Assembly: GCA_965112735.1 (NCBI GenBank) | Contig: OZ218964.1 | Span: forward strand, 2,108,001-2,172,000 | Reading direction: 5' to 3' | Source: Phaeosaccion multiseriatum | Taxonomy: Eukaryota > Protista > Ochrophyta, other classes | Length of the DNA stretch: 64,000 nt | Shown: positions 50,251-64,000 of the stretch, in pieces | How the letters are laid out: every line of letters begins with the position of its first letter | How positions within the stretch are numbered: position 1 is the stretch's first letter | Position numbers and translations under genes: made by a program | The notes under the pieces: generated by a model | Database searches by the model: none | What the model was told of the DNA's origin: nothing | Seen by the model: the letters and a program-made list of their open reading frames with translations, nothing else

Positions 50251-51226
50251 GACAGTAATCAAAGGAATGCACTCACAAAGGAATTTCAAGGACGAGCTCT
50301 CTCGCCTTCTCAGCGGTGGTGGTTGTGATGGACTTGATGCAGGCTGTATGTAGTGCCTGTGGCCTTGCCGAGGGTTGTTTGATTTATGAGCTGCCCCTGC
50401 CCTCCCCCAACTTGACTGGGCGGAGGTTCCTCCTGCTGGCGAGAAGAAGATCCAGCTGCTGCATGTTCAGAATCGATCCGAGGATCAGCACCACGCCAAG
50501 ATGCTTCTGTGCCAAGCTGGGGACTCTCTTCGCTGACAGGACAGGCTGTTGTAACCGACGAATCGAGGCTGTACGTCCTTATCTTGTAAGCGCGCGGGCC
50601 ACGGGCTGACATGAAGTCTGAGGCGGATTGAATTCATTCGTTCTACCCAAGAATGTTTGCTTTGTTATGTCAGATGGAATAGAGCTCATGCGTCCTCGTT
50701 GGTTCGTTGGTGCCCTCCCCGGCCTCGGCAGCCGCAACATCAGCAGAAATTGATTCAGAAGTTGTTTCAGACGTTCTTTCCACGACCACTGAGTAAATGT
50801 GAAGTGCTCTCTTACTCAAATTAAAGACCAACAAAAAGATGGAGACATTGTGTAGGGGGGATGGATGGAGGAATGCGATCCGTGGCGAGTGTCGGATGGC
50901 ACTATACGCCGAGGACGGCTCTCCGCCCTGTCCCCTGCACCGCGCCCCTCTCCACGGCCCCTGTTCGCACCACAATCAACCGCAAGGAGCTCCTTCCACT
51001 CCACACATACGGAGAGAGAAAAGAGAGAGACCTTTGAGCGACGACCCCGCCCCCCGTCCCTCGGGGCTGTGGAGCAAGGGTGGCACGCATCCATCCTCCG
51101 GCGGCTCTTCTCCTTGCGGCTCTGTTCTGCGGGCTGTGACGAGTCATCATTCAAAGTCCCTCTAGTCCCGACAGCGATGGTTCAGATGCCCTCCCCTCCC
51201 CGCCTCGTCTTGGCAGCTCTACTCGT

Positions 51227-53010
51227 CTACTTGTCGTCTTCGCTGTTGTCGTCCTCGCTCTCGTCCTCGCTCTCCTCGTCGCTGTCCTCGAAGGTGCTGC
51301 TGGGTACTCGGTACACCCTCACAATGGCCTTGTTGGGGTCCCTCAAGATGACGAACTTTCCATCGGGCTGCTTGAGAACGAGCTCCGCCAGCGTCTTGAT
51401 GATGGCCCACATGTTCTGCTCAAGCGCAACACACAGGGGCATACGGGCATTGAGAAAGAGACGGGAATCGACCAGGTGAGTACACACAGCCTGCCTCGGC
51501 CCCTGCACGTCAGCTCCCACTCGCAACAAACAGGGAATGACGGGCATGTGCGCAGACAGGAGAGTCTCTTCTAAAGTGGAGGCACCATCAAGGGGGAGAT
51601 CCCCCCCATCCATCATGGGGGCGGCCCCTCCTCCCACAGCACAATTCCCCCGCTCTCTACCCGAGCACTGCAGTGAAGTAAGTAAGGAGCATGTAGCCAG
51701 GCGGCACCCCACCCTGCCGTCAACCCCACCCCACCCCCCGCCCCTAGCTGGCTGGCTGCTCTGCCCGGCTGACCTGTTGTGACAGGGTGATTTGGTTGGC
51801 GAAGTCCTGCGGGTTGTAGCCCTGCGTCCCCAGCACCACATGCTCGTATGCGTTGTTGCGCGACGCTCGGGACACGAGGCCGATCTTCATCTGCTGAGCG
51901 CCTGCGAGGAGCGACTGGGCCGTCCACTTGGCCAGCTTGTTGCTGCAAGGGGTTGTCATATATTGTTGTCGCCATTTGTGAGTGCCATTGATCGTTTGTC
52001 AGGGGGAGTGGGGGAGGGGAGAAGCAGAAGGATGAGGCGGTGCAGACGAGGGGAGAATGAATGGTGCTCGCTCGTCGGCATCGGAGTGGAGAAGAGATGC
52101 GACGCAAGTGGACTCGCACAGTCCCACTCAACCCCCCCCCCCTGGATGTGCCTGCAGCAGTCTGATAAGTTATCAACACTCTCCACATGGCTCACCAAAC
52201 CCACGACGCTCCCGACGCACAACACGACACTCACAACTTGTCCAGACATACGACACACCACACGACACATACGACACTTACGAGTTGTTTTTGAGCTCAG
52301 TGGCGAGGATGGCTCCCCGCTGCGTGTCGATCTTCTTCCTCCAGTCCGCGCTGCCAGAGAGCTTACTGTCCCACTCGTTGAGTGCGTAGGCCGTCATGTA
52401 CTGCACGGGGAAGGGGCAGGGGTACATGGCGATACAGCAGTTGGTAATACAGCGGACAGACCAGGGCAGAAGGCAGACACGCAGACCCGACCCATGAGGA
52501 GAACAAGACATTCGGAGTTCGAAGGCCCATGCGAACTCCCGCCCCCCCGAACGCGCCTGCCTGCCGCACCCCACCCCACGCACACACACACACGCACGCA
52601 CACACGCACACACGCACCCGCACCTGCTTCTCTCCGCGCTTTATTGTGGTTCCGTGTAGCTCGCAGCGGGCCATAATGTTGAGCTTGTCCCCAAAGCTGA
52701 AGCGCTTGTACACATACCCCACGCTGGCCGGCAACATGCCCTTGCCCGCGTCCGCAGGGTCGAAGAAAGGGCTCTGCTGCTCGAACTTCTCCCTCACCGC
52801 CTCGCCCTCCAGAGCGGCCGCGGTGGCAGCCGATGGCATGGCTGCCGCCTCCCCCCCTGCTGGTACTATGCGCTTCCCCTTGGAGGTTGTCTCCTGGAGG
52901 CTGCTCAGCCCCGCGCTCTCCCCTCCGGCCTTCTCTGTGGTGTGCGCCAGCAAGATCTGCTGGGAGAAGTTCTGGTTGATCATGGTGGCCTCGAGAGACA
53001 GCCTGTGTGT

Positions 53011-53043
<33 letters not shown>

Positions 53044-53126
53044 CGTGTGCGTGTGTGTGTATGTGTGTGCACGCGGGCGGGAAAGAGAGAGAGACAGGCA
53101 CGCACGCACGGGCGAGGAAAAGAGGG

Positions 53127-53175
<49 letters not shown>

Positions 53176-54304
53176 AGGCAGGCAGGCAGGCAGGCAGGCG
53201 CAGATGATCAGCAGGTGTGGTGGGTGCGTGAGCGTCGAGTGAGCATCGAGTGAGGATCCAACCCTGTCCCTCCTCTCCTTGGGCCTCCCCCACCCCCCCC
53301 CCAACCCAACCCCCACCCCCCTCTCCCCTACCTGTCTGGTGAGTTGATGTGATCGGGGTCATCCGTGACGGGAGGGGGCTCGTTGCTCGTCTCGTTCACC
53401 TGAGAGCGTGACAGACAGACCAACGGGCAGGCAGGGATGTATACGTTACGCGCAGACACGAGCGAAAACAAACAGCGCTCTCAAGGGGTTGGCGTGGGCG
53501 GAGGAGGGAAGGTCCCGCACCGCACCAAGCCACAAGAGGAGAATCTCTTTAGACACAGCTGCCAGAGACAGCCGCCCCACCCTTAGGTCAAGGGGAAAGA
53601 GGAGGTTCATGGAGACGCACACATCTAGATAGAGAGATAAATAGAAAGAGGGATGGATAGATCGACGGATAGATAGATAGGCAGATAGACATACCGTGAG
53701 GTAGTCGAACTGACTGTTGTCTCTCTTGTCGAAGAATACCATGTTGGAGGTCTTCTGCACCACTATGTCCCATGGGTACACGGAGCGAGGAGACGCCATG
53801 AGGTGCGCCAGAATTGCATCTGTGGCGAACACGTTAGCCTTGCCCTGCAGGGGGGATGGCAGTGGATGGGCAGGGGAAGGGAGGCGTTAACGACAGACGG
53901 GAGAGAAGGGAGAGGGGGGGGGGGGGGAGAAGACAGAGAGACACCCGCAAGAGTGGAGCGTAGGCTCGAGACGAAGAGAGGAATACAAGTGCCAGTGGAG
54001 CAAGCCGACGACTCTCGGCATCAGAGCGACGAGAGGAGGAAGGAGAGGGCGAGGCACCGCACTGCACCGCCACTCACTCACCTCCACGGCGAACTTCTCA
54101 ATGACGGGGTCGTCTGTGGTGGTGACGTAATAGAACTCCTTGTTCTCGCAGCGCTCGAGCTTCTGCGTGGTGCCTTTGGTGATGCGGTCGAAGGCGTCGT
54201 TGTACGAGTCCACAAAGCCGCAGCGCAGCATAACCTCCTCCGTAGGCACGGTGGTCTTGAGCTTGGTAAGGGCGGGCAGCTCGTACTCCTCCAGCACTGC
54301 CCAC

Positions 54305-54335
<31 letters not shown>

Positions 54336-55845
54336 GCAAGAGGAGCCGTCAGCACCAGACGAGTAGACAGATAGCAGGGGCGTAAGAGGGGTCCGCGGAG
54401 GGAAGCTTTCGACCACATCCTTCCAACCCCCGCTGGCACACACACACACCTAGGCGTGATGTCCTGCCCCCACTTACCGTGCCAGTCCGCCTGCACCCTG
54501 ACGGAGGCCTGCCTCTCTGCCCGATTGTCCCTCCTGCGCATGGGCTTGCGCATCATGTTGGCCTGCCTCTTGCGCTGCCACTTGGGCACGTTGCTGGCCA
54601 TGCCCTTGCCGTGGGTGTTCTTCTTCAGAGACGTCTGCAGCTGCCCTCGCTTTTCGCGCTGCTGCCGCAAGTTCTGCTGGAACTTGTTGCGGTTCGCGTT
54701 CCATCTACATATGGCAGGGGGGGCGCGGGGGGGGGGTTGCAGCCAAAGGCAGGCACGGCGTGCCTCGTGAAGAGGTAGGACACGACAAGGGCACGAGAGA
54801 CCGGACGAGTACAAGCAGCGTTTCCCCCTCGTCTTCTGCTGGTTGAGCCGATCGGCCTGGCTGGGCCACCACTCGCTCACTCACCTATTCCTCACGCCGT
54901 ACTTGTTCTTACTCGTCTTGGTTGTGTCCACGAGCTCGAACATGGAATCCTCCACCGTGTCGTGCCTGGGGAGGGAGAGGAAGGGCGGCAATCGAGTCAG
55001 TGGGAGCGTGTGCCGCGATGATATCAGGCTATATGTTGCCACCAAGTCGAATCTTTCCACTCTCCCATCCCCTTGGCTCTGACCCCCTCCACGCACTTGT
55101 ACTGGAACTGCTCGTTGCCCACGTTATCCTCTCCCCTCCTGCTGCGGAATATCCTATTCTGGAAGTGAAGGGGGGCCGTAAAGTCTGCCGCCCTTCCGAT
55201 GCGATCTCCCTTCCCGAAGGGCGCGTACGGCAAGTTAACGTATTGGCCGGGAACATTGCTGTGGGAAGGAGAGCAGCACGGGAGGCAGGTATGACCCGTG
55301 AGTGTTGGGGGGGGGGATACACTATCAGCAGCAACTTCCCGGCCCAATGCTCTGCTCTCCAACGATAGGTGCACTTCCTCCTCCCCTCTGTTTCCTTGAC
55401 GAAGCCTCGTGTCGACCCCATACGGCCGTGCAAACCCCCTTGGTGGAGCGGCAACTGAAGAGAACACGCGCGGCAGCTCAAATACACAGCAGCAACCCTG
55501 GTTCGTCACCCAGTTGGCACTCTGCCTCCTCGTTCTGTGCCCTTACTTCACTCGACACCCACATCACTCCACACCCGCACCAAGGCATACAGGAGAGGAA
55601 AGAGCTGGTCTGCCGCCGCCCCTAGAAAGGGTGAGGATCCATATTTTTCCCTCTGGCACCCTGCGTTCATCTCAAACTCCCTCCCAGCGGAGCAAGAAGG
55701 AGAATCTTCTCCCTGTCCTCCCCACGCATACTCACTCGTCCTTCGGTCCCCACGAGACATCGTTGACATGCACTACAGGCGGCTCGAAGGGGACCGTCTC
55801 GCCCCCCACCTGCCCCTCCTCCTTCGCATCTCCATCCTTCACCAT
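51227..55845 (-). CDS. EIF3D: Eukaryotic translation initiation factor 3 subunit D, multi-exon
   Basis: Motifs: [112 protein letters not shown]. Confidence 0.97.
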
Positions 55846-56170
55846 CGCTTCCTCCTCTCCGTCAGCGATTGAACGCGTTCCTCCTCCTCCTTCTTCTGCT
55901 GCCACTGCAAGCAGGTCCTCTCCTTCACCGTTGAGTAGGTACGCTTTGCTTAGGCACGATTTAGCTCAGCCAAGAGATTTGCAGGGCTGATTTCCGCCCT
56001 GGGGTTTTGTGGGAGAGAATTTGATGCGGAATTTGTTGACCCTCCCTTTTTGAGAAGAACATCTCCCACATCGACTTCATCAGGAGGGTGCTAGGGATTA
56101 ACGGTAGACAGGCTGCTTCATAGCCTGTGTTGGAGTTGAGGGAGGCTGCTTCGTTGCCTCTTTCTCCGCC

Positions 56171-57174
56171 ATGACGGACTTTGGAGAGCTGGTGTTGGTT
56201 TTGGGAGACCAGCACATCCCGCACCGAGCAGCCGCCATTCCTGACAAGTTCATGCGCATGCTGGTGCCAAACAAGATGCAGTACGTGCTGTGCACAGGGA
56301 ACTTGGTCGACAAGGAGCAGGCCACAGAGCTCAGAGCGTGAGTGCTGTTTTCTTGCTTGATTTGCCGGTACCGTTTTCTTGCTTGATTTGCGGGTACTGA
56401 ACACGAGGCACAAGCGAGCTGCAGACCACCTCCACGCTTTGCATGCCTTCCCTCATTCGCGAGAGGGGGAACAGCAGAGTCAGATTCCTCTCTTGCGCCA
56501 CGTCTGATGCTGGTTCCTTCGATCCCCGCCGCTCCTCGTCGGTTCGCTCGCTCACAGGCTGGCCCCGAATGTGCACATCGTAAAGGGCGACTTTGACGAG
56601 GGATCCAACTTTCCGGACTACAAGGTGGTGCAGGTGAGAGGGAAAACAAAGGGCTCCGTAGGTAGGTCGGTAGATAGGCGAGGGAGAGGCCAAAGAGGGC
56701 AAAGAAGGCCGACAGCCTCGACACAGCAAGTACACATAGCTCACCAGGGTCGGACTCATTCACATGCACCCAACGTTGGTTCGGCGTGTTTCAGATCGGC
56801 CAGTTCAAGATCGGGCTCGTGCATGGGCACAAGATCATCCCTTGGGGAGACCCCAGCGCCCTTGCCAACGTGCAGCGCCAGTTGGACGTGGACATCCTCG
56901 TGAGCGGACACACGCACCGCAACGAGGTCAACGAGTACGAGGGTGAGTGGGCAAGGAGGGATGGTGGGTAAGAAGGAGGCCCCTTCTGCTGTGAATAAGC
57001 GGGGCGGAGCGGCTGAGGTGATCTCAGCAGCACTGAGGAGCATCGATATTGGAAGGGAAGGGAAGCTTCCCACGGGGGGCAGCAGTCTGGGTGAATCGTG
57101 GATAGAGTACAGGGGACTCAACACGACCCCGTGCTCCTATCCCGTACGCGCACTCTCACACACACACACACACA

Positions 57175-57212
<38 letters not shown>

Positions 57213-57446
57213 TACGCTCACTGACACACAGGCAAGTGGTACATCAACCCAGGGTCCATCACAGGCGCGTACAGCGCTCTACAGCAGGAGGGTGGCGCCT
57301 CGGTGGTGCCGAGCTTCGTGCTGCTGGCCATCCAGGGCGGCAAGTGCGTTACATATGTGTACGAGCTGCACGGCGACCAGGTGGAGGTGAGCAAGAGCGA
57401 GTTCAGCAAGCGCCGAGGGCAGGGCCTGAGGACAGACAGGGCCTGA
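56171..57446 (+). CDS. VPS29: Retromer subunit VPS29, 4 exons
   Basis: [29 protein letters not shown]|..VKGDFDE|[33 protein letters not shown]|..[16 protein letters not shown]. Confidence 0.97.
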
Positions 57447-57713
57447 TGCAGACAGAGGAAGAGGACCCCACGCCTCACCCGAGGGCCTTGTTGGCGGCAC
57501 GGTGTTGCCACGGCCCCATGGAGGCATCGGAGCATCGGACGGAGGGCTTGGCACACTCGAGTGACGGAGGAGGAGCGCCGAAAGTGAAAGTGAAAGACAA
57601 AGAGAAAGACCGAGGGAGGATGGCGAGGCGCTGCTTCGGCCTCGAGGGCGCAGAAGGAGGCGGTGGCGGTGGCGAGGGATGGCTCTGAATGGGGCTTTGC
57701 GCTGCACACGCAA

Positions 57714-57744
<31 letters not shown>

Positions 57745-58486
57745 CATGCGCGGGCACGTGTCACACTCTCATGACCTTGAAGCAAATCGGGACGCCAACA
57801 GTCACACGTCTGCAGAGTGTTTGGAGGCCCACAGGCTCTCACTGCAATGGGCTTTCTTAGTGGGAGGGGCGGTCGGTCAGTCGGCCGTCAGAGAGCCTCG
57901 CCTGTGTCTCTGTCTCCGCCGCCCTCAAGCAGCAAGGCATCCATCCCCCCATCGCAAGTGCTCGTGACACCCCTTACTGCGACGGCGGCCGTCCACTGCC
58001 GTCCCAGGTGCCCGAGGGGGAAGGGGTGGAGTGGGGGATTTGCGGTTTCGGAGCTGCGTCCGTGTGGGGAGCAAGGGCCCCAAGAGATGGCTTGAATGAA
58101 GGCCGACAGGAGACGCCACCGGAGTATACACGGGAAGCGAAGAGCTTGTGAACCGTCTGCCCTCGTGCAGTGTCGTGAGATGCCGAGGAAGAGTTGCAAG
58201 CCGCCAACCAATCAGTCCAACCAGCCCTGGTCATTGAGACGAAATGAATGGTACATTGGGATGGAGTTTACGCTGCTCTGGAGATGACCGGCGAGCACAT
58301 CGGACACAGCACAAGGACCTCAGGAGGGTCTTCGGAGGGTCTTCGGAGGGCCGTAGGAGGGCAGAGGGGAGGGCAGAGGGGAGGGTAGGGGGGAGGGTAG
58401 AGGGGAGGGTAGAGGGGAGGGTAGAGGGGAGGACGGACGGGAGGGACGAGGAGAGAGGAATGCGCTCGATGTGTGTGTGGGGAAGT

Positions 58487-58600
58487 AAGTGCACAGACTC
58501 GCACTCCATCTGGTTGGGGCGATGATGGAAGTGCACAGACTCGCACTCCATCTGGTTGGGCCGATGATGGAAGTGCACAGACTCGCACTCCATCTGGTTG
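58487..58600. repeat. 42-bp tandem repeat x~2.7 (intergenic), preceded by 12-bp GA-rich repeats
   Basis: AAGTGCACAGACTCGCACTCCATCTGGTTG starts at 58487, 58529 and 58571. Confidence 0.85.
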
Positions 58601-59172
58601 TGGGCGTGACGAGAGACGAGGGACGGAAGACGTACAGGGCCTTTGTTATGGCGTCTCATGCACAGCCTTACACTACTGGCAAAACAACCAACTCCATACA
58701 CATACACATACACCTTGCACATGAGGTGCCATCTTGCTTTCATGTACTTACTATAAGAATATTGTTTTGTTGTGGTCCTGCTTGTTGCACGCACGCGCCC
58801 CTTGTCGAGGCCCCACTGGCTGGCACAGATGGCTGGCACAGATTCGACATTCTCATGGGGAAAGAGTGGCTGGCAGAGACAGATCCGATATTCTCATGGA
58901 AAGCGAGGGGCACAAGACAGGAAAGTGAAAGTGTCCCTGCGCTCTCTCCTCCGGCGGGTGGGTCCATGCCCCTTTACCCCCTGTGCCTACAAGCACCAGC
59001 GCTAGTCTAGCCATCTAAACGTATTCTCCATTGCCGAGCAAAAGAAGCAGTGGCATAGGGCTGTCAGGCTGTCAGGGACCCTCCAATGCTCTGACCTATC
59101 GCCCTCCATCGCCCTCCTGTCTTTCTATATATCTGAGCTCTCTCTCTCTGCCGCCTTGACCAATGTCTACAT

Positions 59173-62100
59173 CTAATAGCCGGGCCCAAGTCCTCTCTGG
59201 ATCTGTTTTTGAGAGCAGTATACCCCTTCGAACTTCACCTGCCCCTTGGCCACTTTGATGACGCCCTGCAGTGCGGAGCGGAGAGATTGGCGAAACACAA
59301 CACAAGGGGTAGAGAAACAGGAGAGTGGAGGAGGAAAGGAGGAGAGAAGGAGGAGACACGGTCAGTTGAGCAAGCGCGAATGGATGGAGGGAGGGGAGGG
59401 AGGGGAGGGAGGGGAGGGGAGAGAGGAGAGGGAGGAGAGGGAGGGAGGGAGGAGAGGGAGGGGAGGGAGGGGAGGGAGGCGAGGGAGGGAAGAAAGGGGA
59501 GGGAGGGACGGAAGAGCGTTTCCCATCCACTGCCATCTCTCCCTCCCTCCCTCCCTCCCTCCCTCCCTCCCTCGAATGCTGTCCGACTCGACCCATCCAC
59601 TGCCATCCACCCCTCCCCCACGAACCAGCTGTTCGACTCGACCCATCCACTGCCATCCCTCCCTCCCCCACGAACCAGCTGTCCGACTCGGCCCATCCAC
59701 TGCCATCCACCCCTCAGCTGTCAGACTCGACTCACCTTGCTGCGTATCCCGAGGTTTCCGAGTGCGTAGAGCAGCAGTCTGTCGAGCTTGACGGCCAGCG
59801 GCCTCTGCGCGATCTTCATGTTGCCGTCCTCCGTGTTGAGCAAACTTCCGCAGCTCACAGCAGAGGCACGCCGCTTCTTCAGCTCCGTCTGACGGGTGGG
59901 AGGGGAGGGGAGCACGAGTCAGGGTCTTTCCCTTTGCTTCCGATGAGATGTATGTGGCTACTCCACCCCCAACGGAGCACCAACGCGTCTTTAGCAAGTC
60001 AAGCCATACAGAAAGCTCTCAACTGCTCTGTATTACCAACACGTCTGACTAGTCAGTAAGTCAGCAGCCCTCTACTCTGCGTCCTTCCTCCTTCTGCCAG
60101 CCAACACACACATACACACACACTATTTCTAACAGCTCCGGTGTACAACCAACAGCTCCAGTGTACAACCAACCCGTGTACATACCTGGAGGAGCGGATC
60201 GGCGTTGGACAGGGCAATCTCATAGTCGAGAATGTCGCTCACTCCGACGGCGGCCAGGTCATCGTCTGTGGGGATGGTGATCATGTCAGCCACTCGGGCA
60301 AGGGCTTCGAGGAAGTCAACGAATGTCAGCACGGTCAGCCGTGTGCGGGACTTGACTTCGTCGCTGAACACTGCGGGGGGGGGAGGGGAGGGGAGGGGAG
60401 GGGAGGGAGGGAGGGAGGGAGAGAGTGAGGGAGTGAGGGAGTGAGGGAGGGAGTACAAAAACACGAGAGGGGGGGGGGCTCACAAGAGCGGAGAAGAAAA
60501 GAGGAGAGGAGCGGTGAGGCAGTCGGAAAGTAGCAGCGTGCACGCACGCACGCACCCACGCATCATCACCCACACGCACACACACGCACACACACGCACA
60601 CACGCACACACACGCACACATGCACACACACGCACACACGCACACACGCACACACACGCACACACGCACACACTTACCCATTCTGGAGGTGAAGAAGGCG
60701 AGGCGCGCCTCTCTGAAGCCCGCCTTGAGGAGTGTGTTGGACTCCCCCATGAGCTTGCAGTCCGCCAGGAAGGTTCGCCACTCCTCGAGCCCGAGGGTGG
60801 GCTTGCCTGCGATGGGGTTGAGCATACTGTAGCGGCGGTACAGCGGCTGCAGCACTCGGGTGTGCTTGAGGAACACCTCGTGCATCTGTGAGTGTGTGTG
60901 CACATCACCAACACGTGTATGTGCAGATGGGAATGATGAATGGTTTGGTACAAGGATTCAAGGAGAGAGAGTGGGGCATCCAGGGGCGTGTATGGGCATG
61001 TGGTATATAGGCAGAGCGGTGGGGAGGGCGGGAAGGGGCAGGGAGGGGAGAGGAGAGGAGCGGAGGAGAGCGGAGGAGAGGGGAGGGGAGGGGAAGGGAA
61101 GGGAAGGGAAGGGGAGGGGAAGGGGAGGGGAAGGGAGGGGAAGGGAGGGGAGGGGAGGGGAGGGGAGGGGAGGGGAAGGTAAGGGGAGGGAAGGGAAGGG
61201 AATGGAGGGGAGGGGAGGGGAGGGAGGGAAGGGAGGGGAGGGGAGGGGAGGGGAGGGGAAGGGAAGGGAAGGGAAGGGAAGGGAGGGGAGCATGGGTGAG
61301 AGGTGGTCAACAGTGGTGAGAAAGAAGCCCCTGGGGTGGGGTGGGGTGGGGAGGGGGAGCGTGCCCAAGAGGGAGGGCATCACAGCGGTCGTATGGGCAA
61401 CAGCAGGGGTGGTGAAGGGGAGGGGAGGGAAGAGAGAGGAGGGGAGGGAGTGGAGGAGAGGGAAGGGGAGGAGAGGGAGGGGAGGGGAGGGGAGGGGAGG
61501 GGAGGAGGCGGAGCAATGACTCACTCACTCACTCACCTCCTTGGTGTAGAGCCGTCCGATGCGGAAGTAGTCAGGGTCCTCCAGGGCCTCTGCAGGGGCC
61601 TTCGCCACAAAGTGCTCCTCGAACAGCCTCGACAACTGTGACAGTGACAGTTACAGACAGTGACAGTTACAGCGACGTCGTACACACATCCGTGACAGTG
61701 ACGTCAGTGAGACAGGCTTCGGACTCGCGACGAAAAAAAGGGATTCAGCAGCAGCAGCACCAGTGGTTCGACTCGCAAGCAAAGCAAAGCAAGGCGGAAG
61801 GCGAGGTACAGCAGCAAGAGGCGGTGGGAGCACATCACTGTGCAGTACAGCAGTTGGTGATACATCACGACGCAGCTGAGCCTGACCTTCTCTGCGGGCG
61901 TCTCGAGCGGGTGCTTGCTCTCATACTTCTTCTGAGCAATACGCAGCAGAGCCTCCACAAGCTCGAAGCGCATCAGCGCTCTTTGGGGTACAGGCATGTG
62001 GGGAGGGAGGGAGGGAGGGAGGGAGTGTGTGTGAGTGAGTGAGTGAGGGAGGGAGGGAGGGAGTGAGTGTGTGTGAGTGAGTGAGGGATGGGGGTGTTAG

Positions 62101-62605
62101 AGGCACACGGGGAGAGGGGGTGGGAGGGCAGCAAGGCGAAGGAGGGAGGGAGGGAGGGAGAGAGAGAGAGAGGGAGGGAGGGAGGGGGAAACAGGCAGAA
62201 GAAGCGACCACCACACGGCCCCACATGCACGTACCCACACACGCACTCACGCACGCACTCACGCACTCACGCACGCACTCACACACTTACTCACGCACCT
62301 GTCTTCGTTGAGGTCTGCCTGTTTGGTGGTCTTGTCGGTCTCGTAATTGACGAGGATGAAGATTTTGCCAATCTCCTCCACTGTGCAGTTCTTGTCGGGC
62401 ACGTCCATGTCCTGAATAGGGGAGAGCAGGGGTGTATGGGGACAGGAGGGGAGGGGAGGGGGGGGGAGGGAGGGGAGAGGAAAGGGGATAAGAGGGGAGA
62501 TGTGGAATTAAGAAGAGATGCGAGGAGAGGAGAGGAGAGGACAGGGTGGTGGTGATGCAAATACATGCACATGGAGACGGGGATTGGGATGATGATGACG
62601 ACGAC

Positions 62606-62650
<45 letters not shown>

Positions 62651-62664
62651 GATGATAATAATGG

Positions 62665-62716
<52 letters not shown>

Positions 62717-63895
62717 GATGGGCTTCCTCCCATACTGGGGCAGACGGCTTTTTCCACAATGCACACACACAGGTGATACACACACACACTCGCACATACG
62801 GACACATGCACATATGCGCACATACGCACGCACGCACACACGCACGCACACACGCACACACGCACGCACACACGCACGCACACACGCACGCACACACGCA
62901 CACACGCACGCACACACACACACTTACCTGCAGCATCTTGTTGTAAGCGTTCTGCTGCACGCTGAAGGCCCCCCTGCCGGCCTGGTTGCTGACGACACAG
63001 TAATAGTCGAAGACAGACAAGAAGGTGCGGTAGTGCTCCATCAGGACGCCCTGAGGGGGTGGAGAGGGGGGGGGGGAGAGGGTGTGGAGAGAGGGTGTAG
63101 AGAGAGGGCGGAGAGGGGGAGGAGAGGGGGAGGAGAGGGGGAGGAGAGGGGGAGGAGAGGGGGAGGAGAGGGCGTGGAGAGGGGGAGGAGAGGGGGTGGA
63201 GAGGGGGAGGGGCGGGTGGACAGAGGGTAAGAACACGACACGAGTAAGCAGCAGCACAGATGACGGAGGCGGAGGGGGGTTGACAGGAGCAGCGCCAGAG
63301 ACAAGCCCTCTGCCTCCTCTCTCTCTCTCTACAAATATATCTTCTCTCTCTCTACATGTGTATCCTCTCTCTCTACAAATATATCCTCGCTCTCTACATA
63401 CGTTTCTCAGGCTCTCCATCTCTGTCTCTCTCTCTCTACATGTGTATCTGAGGCTCTCCATCTCTCTCTCTCGAGCTCTCCCTTTCTCTCTCTCCCGTGC
63501 GGCGTGCGATAGTGAAGTGAGTGCTTTGCTTTGACATACGTCCCACTCCCCCTTCTCTGTCCCTCCCATCGCCGTCCATCTATCCATCCACCCACCCACC
63601 CACTCTCTCTCTTTCACACACACACGTACACAAACACACACAAACACACAAACACACACACACACTCACTCACACACACACACACTCACTCACTCACTCA
63701 CTCACACACTCACTCACTCACACACACACACACACACACGGACCCCCCCCACTGACTTACTGACCCCCCCCACTGACTTACTGACCCCCCCCACTGACTT
63801 ACTGACCTGCATCTCCTTTAGTGCATTCTCGGTGCTCATGTGGCCCTGCACCACCCGCGGGTCCAGCTTTGCCATCATCTTCCACACACGCTCCT
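59173..63895 (-). CDS. 3' part of a conserved protist protein with degenerate EF-hand-like repeats (flagellar-associated-like); continues past the window end
   Basis: Phase-consistent exons: [88 protein letters not shown]; ends GLGPGY*. Confidence 0.75.
62587..62720. repeat. (GAT)n microsatellite, intronic
   Basis: Directly visible. Confidence 0.9.
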
Positions 63896-64000
63896 GCACA
63901 TTGAATGGGGGGGCAGGGGGAGAGGGGGTGAGTTTCAGTTGGAGAGACCAAGGGGGGAGGCCTCCACCTCGGCCAAGGCCTAACAAGCTGAAATCGAACT

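Noticed and set aside
60860-63665. Long Pro/Ser, Gly/Arg, poly-H/D/M ORFs
   Set aside because: Intronic simple repeats of the EF-hand-like gene.

Overview
GC-rich, intron- and microsatellite-rich eukaryotic nuclear DNA, most likely from a flagellated photosynthetic stramenopile (ochrophyte). This assignment is inferred from a mastigoneme protein, a signal-peptide ubiquitin-like protein, EsV-1-7 repeats and a brown-algal-type LRR-ROCO gene. I can follow about 15 protein genes through their splice sites. They include RPL35A, a mastigoneme protein, a plastid GST, an AKR-like protein, an EsV-1-7 protein, a nucleoredoxin, PUBL, an SBP2-like protein, a calcyphosin fusion, a GORAB-like protein, eIF3d and VPS29. 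The most striking region is 34.4-42.4 kb, where an LRR-ROC-COR (ROCO) gene lies between two decayed Ty3/Gypsy integrase relics. Its LRR domain is eight 72-nt, phase-1, one-repeat-per-exon cassettes separated by near-identical 75-81 nt introns, with hypervariable ligand-face codons. A 19-bp duplication frameshifts its GTPase domain. A second unusual locus (43.5-48.5 kb) appears to fuse a degenerate lumazine-synthase-like domain to a calcyphosin EF-hand module, with related Gly-Gly-containing (SPIRAL1-like) motifs at both ends. All gene models and family calls are by eye; no searches were run.
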